Position numbers and translations under genes: made by a program. The notes below the pieces were generated by a model. The model was not told the DNA's origin and searched no databases. It was given only the letters and a program-made list of their open reading frames with translations. A stretch of 61,229 bases of DNA, filler included, from Hausera hauseri (Eukaryota), in NCBI GenBank assembly GCA_046269625.1. It is 10 parts of 10 records of this genome, joined end to end, with 100 filler letters (N's around TTAATTAATTAA, not from the genome) between each part and the next. Parts side by side here need not be neighbours in the genome. Positions count along the whole stretch, not along the records: positions 8,390 to 12,627 come from JBJURY010682994.1; positions 12,728 to 20,044 come from JBJURY010022786.1; positions 20,145 to 26,798 come from JBJURY010078216.1; 7 more parts are not named here. One strand, given 5' to 3'. Positions 9,680 through 23,883 of this stretch are shown in pieces. Position 1 is the first letter of the stretch, and each line of letters begins with the position of its first letter.

Positions 9680-12383
9680 TAAATTCTGAATAAATTGTGG
9701 GACAAATTAACACGTTCAATCACCTTGATTTCGTTCCCGAATAGACTTTCGATTTTCTTCCGCAGTCCTTTCAGTTTCTCAATAGCAACAGTTCCCTCGG
9801 CCCGACAATCGTTCATTGTCTGAATACCAATATTCGACACAAATCGACAATAGTCATACTTTATTCAACTCCTTCTCGTAACATGCAATAAACTCGCTAA
9901 TTGGAAATGCAGCACGTTCAGTCGGTGTCAGATGGCCAATTCGATCTTTGTTCGGCCAATCTGACGATAGGAAGTACATTAGACAGGACCTATTATGTAA
10001 CATCATAGATCGTGCGTCACATTATCCAATAATTCACCTGAAATTTTCCCAAATATCCGCATCACAAAACGGACCATCTGACCGATGCCGGATATCGGTA
10101 CTACCGAGTGGCAGCCAAATGTCTAACTGATGGTCCTGATTGTCAATTCGTACGCAACACTCATCGGTCCTAAATTCTTGTACATATCCGTTCAGCCAGC
10201 TGCCGTTGACGAGCACCTGTACATGACGGATAGTGGAACTGTACGGCAGTACGGTGTCTGTCTACAACAAAATATGACTGTGTATCGCCAATTAAACATC
10301 AAATACGACAGATTCCTCTTTAATTCGGACTTCTGTTGATTCTGTCGTACGGTCGTCACCTGTTGATGGAATATTTGAATCGGTATTGTAGCTCATTGAG
10401 TACGACTCATCGGAATGTGCTAATGGTAACCAACTGATTTCCGTTGTATCGTTATTTCCCTATGTAACGTCAGCCAGTCACTTGAACAACAATGACATAC
10501 GTCAGATGAATCCATTTTACGCATTTTCTTGGACCCTGGCCCGCCATAGGTTGAAGACGAATACGCCCTTCTGCCTTTGCGATACGCGAAATTGCGTGTG
10601 TTGTCTATTGACGATGAAGTAGGTTCACTATCAGTTGATGTGTTCTTGTCATCAGAACTGCCATCGTCGGACGAGTCATTAATCCTCAATTGACTGTCTA
10701 GTTGTTCAATTATCTGTAAGGTCCAGTTCGTCAATTTCTCCATCCGATGAGGTTCCAACGTCTTCATGGGAATGTCCAATTGTTGCTCCACATCTTCACA
10801 TCTGGATGGTGACAATTGGTTTCATAATGTGTTAGACTTTACTAACGTGTTGCAGTCTTCATCGGAATTATCCTCACATTGCCAATTCAACGGCAATTCT
10901 GTATCGAGGTCATCATCAGAGAACGACAGCAACCGGCATTTTCCGCATTTGTCTACGAACAGCACAATCAAAGCACCATTATTGAACATGACCAACCGCA
11001 TTGCACACTGCGTCTGACATTCATGGCTCGCACCCTCCTGTAATGCCAGTCGTTATTCGGCGAGATCCGATAGTCAGCGGACAAATACCCAAACCCTGTC
11101 CACATACAATCAACGACGGTGCCAAACATACCAATGTGCACACAATACTGTTCCATATACAGCTCCATCACCCACAGTAATTCATTAAGTTGTTGCTGGT
11201 CGACGAAGTCCTGTCGGTCATCAGTGGGCTGCAGCGCCATAGCGGGCAAATCAACAATGCCAACAACTCCGCGATACGTCAAACCTGGATCCTTCTGTGG
11301 ACCAATGCGCAAATGCATCTTGACGAGACGAGAACAACTATACACATAAACTCCATCACACGCACGGCTTTCCAAATTAACCCCGTAGTGAAATGTGATA
11401 ATTTTCGACTTATCAATGGCAAACTGCTTGAATTTGTAAATGATCTGCCTGCCTTGCAGCTTACGACGGCAATCTGCTACCGACGGATCGTCTTCAGCTT
11501 GGTGATTTGATGAGTCAGATTCACTATCGCTCTCATCCCACTGATTCACTTCTGCCCGAAATAATGCAATTTCCGCTATAACAGAATCAGCATTAGCTTT
11601 CCTAGCGAATTATATACCTTTTCTCAATTCTTTTTTCTCCTTCCGCATTATCGATTCCGTACGACGTGCGAAAATTCTATTGTCATACTGATACATATGG
11701 GGTTTATATAGACAATTGATAAGCCGTCGAGGTTGCACTTTAATACCGTTAAGATAAATTTTCATGCGCGGAACCAGGTAGAGAATGGATACGTATTCAC
11801 GCAAACTGTACCGTTCCGACCACGGTCTAACAATGGAAAAAATCTTTAAACATAAAAAATGATCGTACTCATTGTCGGCACCTGGATGCATTAGAATTAT
11901 ATCTTGACTATCGCTGAGAACATCAAGTTCAGGAACACCGCAATCAAGCACACGTACGTTGTAAACAACGACTAAAGTACCATTCGGCTCTTTTATTCTC
12001 TTAAACTGAGACAACAGATTCTCCAATCGTTTGTACGGAGAATATTTAAGAATAATGGACACCTCTATCTCGTGTCGCTGTTTTTCTTCGGATGTTTCTA
12101 CGACGGCCGAATTATTCGATGCTCTGAACGACGGCAACGGTACGACAACTTCTGATATTTTTTCCATTGAGTGAAATGTGTTTGACAACAACATGCATGT
12201 TAAAATTCCGTCTTTCTTGGTGAAAAGAATCATGTCATCACCAATCCGCAAAGCGCCACTGTAGACAGCCGATAAAGGCACAAGGCAAATGGATACTCAC
12301 GATTTCAAACTGATTCCGTTTATTCCAATAGACAGTAAGTCATTTTGGGGCTTTTTGAATTCAATGAGGTCGTGGATCTCATC
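9680..12383 (-). CDS. MORC2: MORC-family GHKL ATPase with CW zinc finger (MORC1/2 type), spliced, 5' exons missing
   Basis: LKSGALRIGDDMILFTKK..VVVPLP, SLREYVSILY..PRMKIY, GVVGIVDLP..QDF, CW finger VQCDKCGKCR..WQC..N.D..C, and a C-terminal coiled coil. The frame is restored by GT-AG introns at 12259-12300, 11827-11868, 11576-11617, 10953-10996 and 10802-10846. The 3' end is approximate. Confidence 0.85.
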
Positions 12384-14314
12384 TGAAAAGATAAATAAAC
12401 AGTTCTAAACACCTTCAATTTAAAATAGACAAAATCTATCGTATAAATTAGTGAAATATAGTATCTATTTTGCCTACATATACAACCTCTCATTCAACTA
12501 GAAGTTGATTCATTACAGAGTGAAGTGAAATTTGATTTCAACGTTAACAAGAACGCAATAAATGTAGAAAAGATAATCTTTGCATTATTTATTACAACAC
12601 AGTTTGTATTTTTATGAAAATCAATACNNNNNNNNNNNNNNNNNNNNNNNNNNNNNNNNNNNNNNNNNNNNTTAATTAATTAANNNNNNNNNNNNNNNNN
12701 NNNNNNNNNNNNNNNNNNNNNNNNNNNGGCATTTTGAAAAAGAAAAAACGAATGCTAAAATTGACTGACATTTTGGAAATTGCGTGACTGAATAACTGGT
12801 GAACAGAAAAGGTTAATAAAAAATTCTGATTGACATTTTGAAAATCACAAGGCAAATACTATATAAACCACAGTAACTGAGATACAATAACCATAAAATT
12901 TAATCTCAAAGTAATATTACTTAATACGAAATTAGTGCGTGGAAGAATATTGGTGAGTAGTTTTTCGTCAATAATGATAATAAATGAATAGTATTATACA
13001 GAAAACAAATACGAAAGTTTACTACTCATAAAGAATTTCTGCTACTGCCGGATTGAAGGATATCTCTGTCATAACATAACTTCGCTGAACGAAATTCTAT
13101 TTATTACCTGATCAGAAGATGATGAATGACCAAGAAAGAAATGGAAATCAACAAGTAACAGAAGAACCTATTGGTAAATTTATCATTAGCAAATTATTTG
13201 ATTGAAAGATTTTGTTCTATATTGAATGTATTGATTTAAGTCATTAGAGTGTTTCTTCATAATTGTGGTTGATGTTTTTACCTTTATGATTAATAGTCGA
13301 ATCATGATTTATAATTAACACTGCGGAAAAAATAGAAATATTGATAATGATAATTCCTAATAGTTCAAGTTAACGAAAATATTCCCAAATGATAAGTACA
13401 AAGAAAAAGAGATTTGAATTTATTAATACATTATTGGATTATTGGGATTAGATCGGTTGCTTGAAGATGACGGAAGGTAGTGAAATTCGTAATAACAATG
13501 ACCTATTTTTGAATTGAATAGTTATGAAAAATAACATGGACGACTGAATGAAAACCTTATGCGTAGAGGAAACGAATGAAATTACTACTGTCAGTAAATT
13601 CTGTCTCATATTCATTATTATACTGTAAATAAGATTATCGATGATCGTCAGGGAGATAATAGAAGATTAATGGTATCACGATTGAAGTGAATGTGAATTT
13701 TCTCGAATATTTAAGGAAGAAATAATTCTATAAGTGGTATTGGGTGAAGCAAAGAATAAATCTGAAATAAATCAAATGAAAGATGTCGATGTTTGGAAGA
13801 TAGAATGTCAATATTGCAATTGTGTCAATATTTAAAGTGAAACTTCTCTAAGAAATTAAATATCGGATAAAGAAGTTATATACTAAATTAAATGATGGCC
13901 GCTATATTTATATGTATATATATATTTTGTACATTGTATTTATTTGTTATACAATAAATTTTATTACTGTAAATGATGTCCATCATAATTATTCGAATTG
14001 TTGATTATTATAACATTAAAACCAATAATTGGGATGTCGTAAAATCTCTCAAAGTTGAAGGAGTAGAGAACGTTTGATTAATTAATATTAAACAATATGT
14101 TTAAAATAATTAAAAATAAATTAAATACGTATAATCAATAATTGACTTGGGAAATCATGAAGTAAATTTAGCATAGTGCGAAAGAAGATTAATGATGTAG
14201 ATGAATTAATACTAGTGAATGGACGCAGATTATTTTTATGATCGAACCGTCCGCAAACTCACCCTTTCAGAACACACAATAAAATATTTATCATAAGAAT
14301 GTTTTTACTCGCCG

Positions 14315-15151
14315 ATGACTACATACATGAAAAGTACGTATTATTTATCATCATTTAATAGATTGTTTATCGATCATTTCATCAGGCGAGTAGAAACATC
14401 ATTAATAATCCTGGCCGAAAGTAATAAGAATTGGACAACCATTCTTCCTTTTGTTTTACTGGGGTGGCGCAACACGCTGTCTACTACCACCGATTGCGCA
14501 CCCGCTGAAGCACTCTTTGGTGCCACAATTTATGCACTGTTTGAGCTCACCGATTTTGACAACACACCGACCGACGAAACTATTAAATCTGCACAAAATC
14601 GCTTTGTTCAGTTAAGTCAGGACTCTTTCGGCAAAATAGTATATGGCGATAAAACATATTTACCCGATTCACAATTCAACGCAAAATTTGTTTGGTGGAA
14701 AAACCATTCACCTGCAGGATTACAACCAAACTATTTAGGACCATTTAGAGTCCTTAACCTAAGTTCACACACAGTTACAATACTCAAAAATGATAAAGAG
14801 CAAAACGTACACATAACTAACGTAAAACCTGCATTCTTCGTCGATGGCACACCGGAATTTTCAGCTGAATCCACACAAAACTTTCTTGATTCCTTCAATT
14901 CTTTCTCCATTCTACCTACAGGGCAACCTGCTACTCCAAAAACTGCATCAATTCAAAAGACTACGCAAAACGACATAACAACTAGTTCTCAAGCTGCTGA
15001 CACGTCAAATCAAAATTTAACTTCCTCTCAACCAACTCAGCAAACAATCAAACAACACAGTAAGAAACATAAGACGGTTACCTTCAGCAAATTCAACAGA
15101 GAACAGAATGTCGACAAAATTCAATGCCTTGTCCATACAAAGATGCAATAG
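14315..15151 (+). pseudogene. Ty3/Gypsy integrase C-terminal fragment, related to the contig 6 element
   Basis: NWTTILPFVLLGWRNT..APAEALFG..YLGPFRV closely resembles 35800-36180. Confidence 0.85.
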
Positions 15152-15989
15152 CTCATTAAAAGTATTCTTTCCACGTTATTGTTTCAATCACATCAAAAAT
15201 TTGCTTCTTTCAATAGTTTGCCTACACCTCACTGCTTTGTCTTCTTGCTTTCGCCCCGACAGTGTCATATTATAACGCGGACTCGGACGCCACCACAATC
15301 CACTACAATCCGCCACAATCCCCAATGGGTGCTATTAATTCTTTAATGAATGATTACTACAATCAACGACTAAATTTATTTGTTGTTAGCTATTCGAAAA
15401 TAATTCCATCGTTTTTGTAAAGCAAAAAATATGAACAACTTTTGGAATGTAAAGGTTTCATGCAATTTCCTCAATTATCGGAAGATATGCAAATTACCCT
15501 AACATTTGGCTATCATTTCAGAACCTGTGTCAAAACTATCAAAAAAAATAAAAAAAACCAAAACGAAATCAGTGGACAGTCAATTTAATTTTTCTGAATT
15601 CTCAATGAATTCGAAGGACATTTCGTCGGTCTCACCAACGATTTCTCAACAATCATCATCATTATTATCACTTCAGTTTTCCTTATTTGGCCTCTCGTCA
15701 CTTTAGTAATCAATTTCTATTGTATCTTTAAATGTATTTTGGTATCCCATTACATTGAGTATCCAAGGAAAAGGTTCAAATGGCACATTTCTTTCTCATG
15801 CAAGACGAAATATATTTAAAACGTAAACTTAACATGTAAAAGAATTTAATTTTTTGACGCAAATAATTATCATCAATGTGATATTTATTTTGTAGCCAGA
15901 TTTTATTAAGCTATGATCAGCCATAATGATACACAAATATAAAGTTTTGTAATGGTAACAAAAGATTAGTGGAAATCAATTTTTAGAGT

Positions 15990-18900
15990 GTTTTAAAATT
16001 TTGAACTAAAGATTTGTTGTTTGCATCTGTTCGTTTTTCTCTTACGGAGCAAACCATTTAAGAATATCTTAGAAATAACACCCAACATTAAATTTCGTCG
16101 CTCTAGTACAATTACTCGTTCGATTTCGATACCGTAAAACGATTTCTTCTCTTCATCTTGTCCAATAATCATTTGCCAGTCTCTGTATATATCTCCAACG
16201 CGCAGCCAAAGAGCATTGACGAGTAAAATTAACTTAATTATTAATCCCTCCATTATAACTTGGTATGATGAAATGATTTGGTGATAATATGACATCATAT
16301 TTTGTGTATATTACAGTACTTGTAATAGGCCTGGAATTGATAATTCCATCTACAATAGTTATCACTGTGCATAGTTCTTCTTCGGTTATATTGGCATTCG
16401 TCAAAATTTTATACATAGCTTTCTTAGTTGCTTTTATCATAATCTCGAAGACCCCTCCGAAGTGTGGAGTCCCTAGTGGAGTAAATATCCATCGAATCGC
16501 GCTCTTCCCAACTGTTACTTTGCGGCATATGTATCAATTCTTACTTCACAAAGTTCGCTATTTGCACCTACGAAATTGGTCCCATTGTCGCTCACGATAG
16601 TATTCTGTTTTCCGCGACGGTTCATAAATCTCAATAAGGCTTGTACAAAGGAGTCTGTAGATAGATCTACAACCAATTCCAAATGAATCGCTCTACACTT
16701 CAAGCATGTAAATAAACATATGTATCTTTTTTCTGTCGACATGCCTCTGCCTTTCTTGACTGGGATTGGTCCTGCAAAATCTATTCCCACAACACTAAAT
16801 GCTCTGAGTGGTTCTTGAAAATGGAATTCTGGCAATGGTACCATTGGTTGTTGGACTCCTTTGGCACTATTTTTACGGCACACCTTACAATCATGTTCAA
16901 CCTTCTTTATTAACTTCCTGAGTTTGGGACACCAATACGATTTGCTTATTACAGCGTATATGTGAATAATCCCAGCGCCATATTTATGTTGTACATGATA
17001 GTGTTCTATTAACCACTTGGTAATTTTCAATTCTTCTGATAGTACTATTGGGTACTTGACAGACCAGTCTAGGTACTTTATCAACGACAAACGACTATTG
17101 CTCCTAATTACTCCATCACTGCCGAATATAGGGGCAGCTTGTTGAATATTGCTACTTCTTTTTACTTCCTTCCCATTTTTAAGTTAATTGATTTCCTCCT
17201 TGAAGTGTTCTTCTTGTTCGTTTTTTATAATATTGATAAAAACATCTTCCCTAGTTAAATCTTTACTACATTCCTTTAACATCTGCTCCTCGCCATACCT
17301 ACTCCATTCAGAATTTCTTTCAATATCCGTTAATATAGCATTTATGTTTTCATTTGTTTGGGTTGAATATGTTTTTATAACTCTCTTTTCCTCATTTCTG
17401 CCTCTTCTAGGATTTTTGGTTGTTCTGGCCAAAGTTTTTCTTCCAACTTCAGGAACATAAATCCTTCCCACCATATATCCAATTTTGCGACTTCTTCCAC
17501 AGTGGTTCTTCTTCGAGAGATAGTCTGCTGGGTTCTGTTTAGTGTTAATATAATTCCATTTTGACCCTTCACTTTTCTCCTGGCTGAAACCTATTCTATT
17601 TGCAACATAGGGTTTATAGCACTTCGAATATTGTTTGATCCAAAAGAGAACATTCATTCTGTCATTACAGTATGTTATTTTTACATTTGCTACTTGTAGA
17701 ACCTTCGCCACCTTCATGCACAGTTTCACTCTTATGCACACAGCCATCAATTCCAACCTAGGGATTGATATAGATTTTATAGGGGCGACCTTTGACTTTG
17801 CCGCAATTATATTTGTTAATGTTTCTCTGTCACTTATACACCTAATATAAGCTACTGCTCCATAAGCTGTGCTGGATGCGTCACAGAATACATGAATTTC
17901 TTTGTTATTGGTACTATCTATTCCTAACCACCTTCTTATTTTTTTTTGCTAAAGCACTTAGGACGTTTCTTTTGGTCAATCCACTTTTGCAATTCCCTAC
18001 GCCGTCAAAAGTTAAACAGTCTTCTTTTGCATTCCACTTAAGTCCTAAAGTTTTTGACGTACAATTGACCTCACTTTTGGAGGCGTATTCCTTTGCTTTT
18101 TCGTTTTCCGGTATCTCGCGATATAATTGGTCAGAATTCGATAACCATTTATGGGTCTTCATTTTTGCTGTTCCCCAGATTTCTTTCAACTGGTAGTATA
18201 AATTCATAGCTTCACTTTCTGTTTCAATGGAATCTATGCAGGCATCCATATATGTTGATTGTCTAATTGTTTCAACTGCCCGTGAATATTTTTTCTCAAA
18301 TATATCTGCGTTTACTTGACTCACAAGTTGTGCCAAGAATGGTGAGGCATTCAATCTGAATACAAGTCTTGTGAACTGATAGGTTTCGATCTTACCATTT
18401 CTTCTCCACAGGAATTGTAGGAATTTTCTGTCATCTGGTGAAACACTAATTTGTAGGAACATTTCAGCTATGTCACAAATTAGTACGATTTCATTTTTTC
18501 CTCATTTGGATTAGGATGTCCACTAAATCTTGCTGCAACTTTGGCCCTGAGTGTAACAAGTCATTAAAACTTTTACATTTTAACTTCGCAGCTGCATCGA
18601 ATACTATTCTAATTTTTTTGGTGGATCTATCCGGTTTCAGAACGGGGAAATGTGGCAACGTCCAATAATTTGCTTCGTTTTCCTTCTTTTCTACTAATTC
18701 CACATATCCTTTTTTATATGATCTTTAATCACTTGTTTATAATCTACCTTCACCGAGTTATCTGAACTTAATTTCTTCTCCAGATATTCAAGCCTTTTTC
18801 TGCCATGTATCTGGGCATTGGTATCTCTTCTCTCTTGCTTTTCCAGGGTAGAGAAATCTCATACCTTCCATCTTCGGTCTTCTTCATCTTATCTTTTGTA

Positions 18901-20044
18901 ATTTGGAAAATTTCTTTGTCCAATTTCGACTAGGTTTCTTTTTCTTTAACCGAATTCTCTATCTCCCACAATCTTTTTATATGTTCATTCATTTCGTCTA
19001 CCCTCGTCCAGTATGTTCTTACTAAATTGTTACTTACTAAACTGCCTTTTCGTTCATTCAGAATTACGACACATGTCCAACCAAGGGGAGTCAATCTAGC
19101 TATTGATCCTCCCGGTTTCCCCGAAACTTTGTTTATGGATTTATGAAGGTGTAGGTAATTTGCACCTATAATCCCATCTACTTGCTCATTTTCTCCCACA
19201 CCTACAAATTTAATCCCTTGTAAGTAGGACCATCGTTTTTTTCTATTGTCCAGTTGACAACATTCATGTTTCCTGTTGGCCTTCTAATGGGTAGTGCGTT
19301 GAACTGTTCACAAATGCTATTGTCTAAACTTTGCAAGATCATGTGAACTTTTGTCATTTTTTGCTTTTGTTGCATACCCACGACCACTGCCACTGTAATA
19401 TTTTCTTCTTTCCCACTGAGCTTCAATTGTCGTGCAATATCTTCTTCCAGGAAACTATCAGTACTAGCGTCATCCAATAGCATGTTCACTTTAATATTCT
19501 TGTTTCCGTTAATTAGGTATACTGATATGGTCCTCAAGGCTATTTTGTTTGGCATTTCAGATTTTTCTTCCTTCATCTTCGTCATGTAAATTCGTTTTTC
19601 TGAATAATCGCATTTATTTGTTTGGTAAGAAGTATCGTTCGATTGTGATTTTGTTCCGTCGGTATCTGTAGAGGTTTTGAGTTTTTCGTCTTTATGTAAA
19701 TTTCCATAAAGAATTTTTGAGTAATTGACTTCTTATCTTAAAACGTTTGGGGAATTTCCATGTTTAAACCAACAATTTCTACCGTACCTGCAATCTCCAC
19801 TTTGAAAATATAGACAAGGTTTCTGATTTATAGTCTTATAAAAACTCTGATCTTTCTTTTCATGTCGGTATGCACATGATTCACCAAACTGGCATTTGCC
19901 AGCTAGGAAATATTTATAAGGTCTCCGTTGGATCTCCTTATTTTTCCAACAATTATCACTTCTTTCAATTCTTTTTCCTTTAGTACTGAACCAATCTTCT
20001 CTGTTGACTTACTCCTTTCCTCCTTTTTCTCGGTAAAAAAGGAA
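15990..20044 (-). mobile_element. BEL/Pao retrotransposon copy 2 (decayed, partial) with tandem CCCH fingers
   Basis: Minus strand: YKYFLAGKCQFGESCAYRH and CLYFQSGDCRYGRNCWFKH (~19758-19920), then LLDDAST, TPLGW, KIRIVFDA, YMD, GIDFAGP, DNGTNF, SPNHFI. Confidence 0.92.
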
Positions 20045-20144
20045 NNNNNNNNNNNNNNNNNNNNNNNNNNNNNNNNNNNNNNNNNNNNTTAATTAATTAA
20101 NNNNNNNNNNNNNNNNNNNNNNNNNNNNNNNNNNNNNNNNNNNN

Positions 20145-20634
20145 ACCGGATTTTACATGCATCGTATTTCAATCGGGAAAGTGTCGTATTATGGGTTGTC
20201 GCAAACCAATCACAGCTGACAGACAACTACCATTCGGAATTGTCATCGACAAAATCCAATCAATAACGGTAACGACTCAGTTAGGCTACCACCAAACAAT
20301 CAATCTGTACAAATTAGCCATGGCCACTGAGTGTGTTTATGAGCCCGAACTGTTTCCTGCACTGAGACTGACATTGTTTCGGCCACTCTGTGTCAATGTT
20401 TTTAGCAGTGGAAAAACTGTTGTACTCGGTATTCGGACAGTAGCCTATGAACCGATTATTAATCAAATTAAAAACCATATAAATGTTTTAGTGAATCAAA
20501 ATAATGTACTCTGCATAACAACAAACCATAAATATCATTCCCATGCTCATTCAGACATTACTGCCATGGAAGATGATGACGACAAAACGATTCTACTCAA
20601 TGATGGTTGTGAGAATGATAGAAGTGCAGATTAG
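20145..20634 (+). CDS. TATA-binding protein-like ORF (5' truncated, divergent)
   Basis: Both TBP repeats are visible: TCIVFQSGKCRIMGCRK and INLYKLA..YEPELFPAL..VNVFSSGKTVVLG. Confidence 0.8.
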
Positions 20635-21350
20635 TCGTGGTTGCTTGGCTACAAAACGAACAATTCTAATGTCAAATTTCTGGAAACGAAAACACAACCT
20701 GTCCAACAAATAACAAAACCGTTTGATTGCCTTTAGGGCGATTATATTGAAACGAAAAAGGAACTTGCTCAGAAATCATCAGCATCAAAACCGACATTAA
20801 AAAGGCAAATGGCAATGATTGGATTACGTAAACGAAAATCAAAACCATCGCGTCAAACAGATATTTGTACCGAAACGAATTTTTTGCAACTGTGAAATGC
20901 ATTTTGTGCAAACGCCCGTACTGATTTCATTGAATGATCCCGTGTCTCTATGCGCCACATGTACAGCTATCGTGTAGAACGGCTTTCGGGTAAAAATTTG
21001 GATAAACGTTCTGATGCACTGTATCAATCAAACATGTATTTAAAGTTAAACGAAACGATCGTGCAACAGCAATCTGTCGTTTTACCGGCGCAGAAAACCA
21101 AGTTGTTTGATTTTATCGGTCGCGAAATTTCTAATGTACCCGTTGATGATTTAAAGTGTCGAATATTGAATTACAAGGATATAAGGAAAAGCCGGTATCA
21201 GAAGCCCGATTTGGCGTGTAGCTGAAGCACATTTTAATAATTAATTAATATTGTAGTTGGTTTGTTTTGTTTTACCGTTCTTTTTTCATTAACCCAATTA
21301 ACGAGTATAAATATACGTGTAATTTTAATATTGGTATAAGAATAGTGATA

Positions 21351-21815
21351 ATGAATAATGTAAACATTATCTTAACAAACGAATATGCCGTTGTACCATG
21401 ACGTGTTACTTTAAATAGTGCAGGCTACGATGTGTTTTCCAATGTCAATGACAATTTCGGACAGCACAATTAAATGCATAAGGACTGAGATTCGATTGGC
21501 GATTCCACCCGTTTACTACGGCCAACTTTTATCTAAAAGCGGATTGGCAAAACTGGTACTTACGGTTGTGTGCGGTGTCATTGATTCAGACTTTAGTGAT
21601 GAAATTAAAGTGTTTCTGAAAACCAATCCGGGAAACCGTATGCTGTTTGGAAAGGCAGTGCAATCGCACAAATCGTTCTTCTTCGATGTGAAGAGGCGGA
21701 ATTCAGTGTAATGTTACCTGAACAATGGGGATTCTTTTGCGTCAATGAAGCAGCAACAACACGAAATGAACGCAAAGAATTTGGCTTTGGTTATATGGAC
21801 AAAACCACCTGTTTA
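21351..21815 (+). pseudogene. dut: dUTPase pseudogene
   Basis: Motifs in order across stops and frameshifts: SAGYDV, SKSGLA, GVIDSDF, IAQIV, R..GFG. TATAAATA at 21306. Confidence 0.85.
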
Positions 21816-21894
21816 ATGATTTGTGGTGATAATAATATTAGTTAATTGTTTTGCTTGTGTTGTAAACAAAAAACGATTTTGTACCACATAAGTA

Positions 21895-22386
21895 ATGGCG
21901 ACTGGATTTATAGATATTGAAGGTTTCCAAGATGATAATGCCCAGTACATAATAAAGGAAATATGCTCTATGGACGTCGGTAACATTTTCGAACCGCTTG
22001 TGTACATATTCAAGCCCGGTATTTTGTGGAAAGACCTGACGGAAAAAGCGAAATTTACAAGTGGATTTCTCTTTTGACATCGTCCTGGACTTCACTGGTA
22101 TGAAGGCAATTCAATTTTTTGTGTTGCATATATTCTGGGAGGGATTTGTGATTGTTTTGACATTGAAAATACAATATTTTACATTAAAGATCAAATTGGC
22201 GGACAAAAGTTTACACAACTCCATTCACAGTTTCCTTATTTGCGAAAGACGACGTATTCTACAACATCGAGCAACTAGCTGACCATGGTACCTGACAATA
22301 TCCGATGTTCGTATCGTGATCATGATCCACATAGTGCTTACAAAAAATATCTACGGCTTTGTGTTGACTATATTTCATGGAAATAA
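21895..22386 (+). pseudogene. DEDD-like nuclease typical of Polinton accessory genes
   Basis: FIDIEGFQ..YIIKEI..FKP..W..L..(H)GLHWYEG, frameshifted. Confidence 0.55.
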
Positions 22387-22490
22387 ATAAATGTATTTCT
22401 GTTTCTTTTTTCTTTCCGTAAATAAAGTAGGCCGTATTGGTCAGTTGAATAATTCAAAAACTATAAATACGGGTAGGAAATAATATCATC

Positions 22491-22709
22491 GTGGAAACAG
22501 TTATTCAACTAAAGCATGTGCAAAATTTTGATGGATTATCAATTTCAGAATTGGTACGATGGTGGCAAGTACTTGATAATGAGTTGGTGGCGAGAGATTT
22601 TGGTGATTTTGGATGTAAAGAAGATTTAGTGTCAATAGCATTGATGACAACAGATTGCAGCTCTATAGAAAATCTAATTATTGTGTTAAATCAAAAGTAC
22701 ATTCACTGA
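22491..22709 (+). pseudogene. Small unknown ORF in the viral array
   Basis: Follows TATAAATA (22462) in a gene-dense array. No recognisable motif. Confidence 0.3.
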
Positions 22710-23883
22710 TAGTATGATACCATTTACTTTAATACTGTTGAAAGGGTACGCGGTGAATTAAAGAACTTAAAAAAATAATGGAAAAAGTACAAGACTGTCA
22801 CTTTATGTGTAAAAGAGTTTATGTAAACAAAGAAAAGTAAATACTGTATTCTTAATGTGCGGTCATCTCGTTGTTTGTCAAATGTGTTCCACCAAAGTAA
22901 CTCACCAGTATCCAGAATGTAAATGTGCTATAATGGAAATTGTACACATTCATTACTAATGACTTCTTCAATGACGGAACATGCGCTTCAATGACGTGGA
23001 GGTTATTTGTATCATTGTTATAATAGACAATACTCACAAAGTAAATATTTATTGTTTACAATGAAAACAAACCGGTGTAAACAAATTTGATATAAATATG
23101 CATGTAGTTTCGTTTCACGTTTGTCTTATTTAAACAGTGTCTTTGGAAAACAATTAAGTAGGTGACAGTCTCTCAAAAAGCCACGGTATAGCGAATATTT
23201 GCTCGAAAATTCCCGATTGTATAATGCATAAAACTTACATTACCTGCGCAACGCTATTCAATTGTCATTGACGCGAACGGTCAAAATCAAACCGGTGAAA
23301 TATTGTCTATTGCTAAAAGAGATCAGCGACGATGATTTGGATACAATGGAAGACACCATTTGAAAAGTTGACAGTAATTTGGCTTTGAGTAACAATATCC
23401 GAGATACATCGTCGATTTTTCTAAAAGGAAATATGGCGAAAATTGTCAGTTCACATGGCGGAGAAACAGCAGCAGCAGTTTTTCCACCGGAAAGAGCTAA
23501 AAGCTACCTGACATTGAAGTTCATAGGATTCAAGGAAAGGAGCGGCGTCAAATCCCCAATATGAAAAATGGGAAAGTTTACTATGATTTAACTGACTTGC
23601 TTTGTGTGTTTTTGTGATGTTAGTGATTCTCCGATCAATAAATAAATGTATTCATGTTACATATTTTGTTTTCTCGTGCAAGGTTATTGTTTTACTTTTA
23701 CTTCTATCATAATAATAATAGGTTAAATAACCGAAAACAAAACACAAAAGACACCGAAAAAATACCTTATTGGAATATAGGAAACAGTACACATCGGATA
23801 ATTGTCAATGATTGCCACAGTAATTGAAATGAACTGAACTGATTTGTCTGAACCGACAGAGCACCAATTGTTTGGAGGTGCGT

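Noticed and set aside
11610-12281. MORC as a fragmented pseudogene
   Set aside because: The ORF breaks I checked are explained by canonical GT-AG mini-introns that restore the frame.
12728-14300. AT-rich region with scattered coding-like patches and a CxxC
   Set aside because: No sustained frame or identifiable family.
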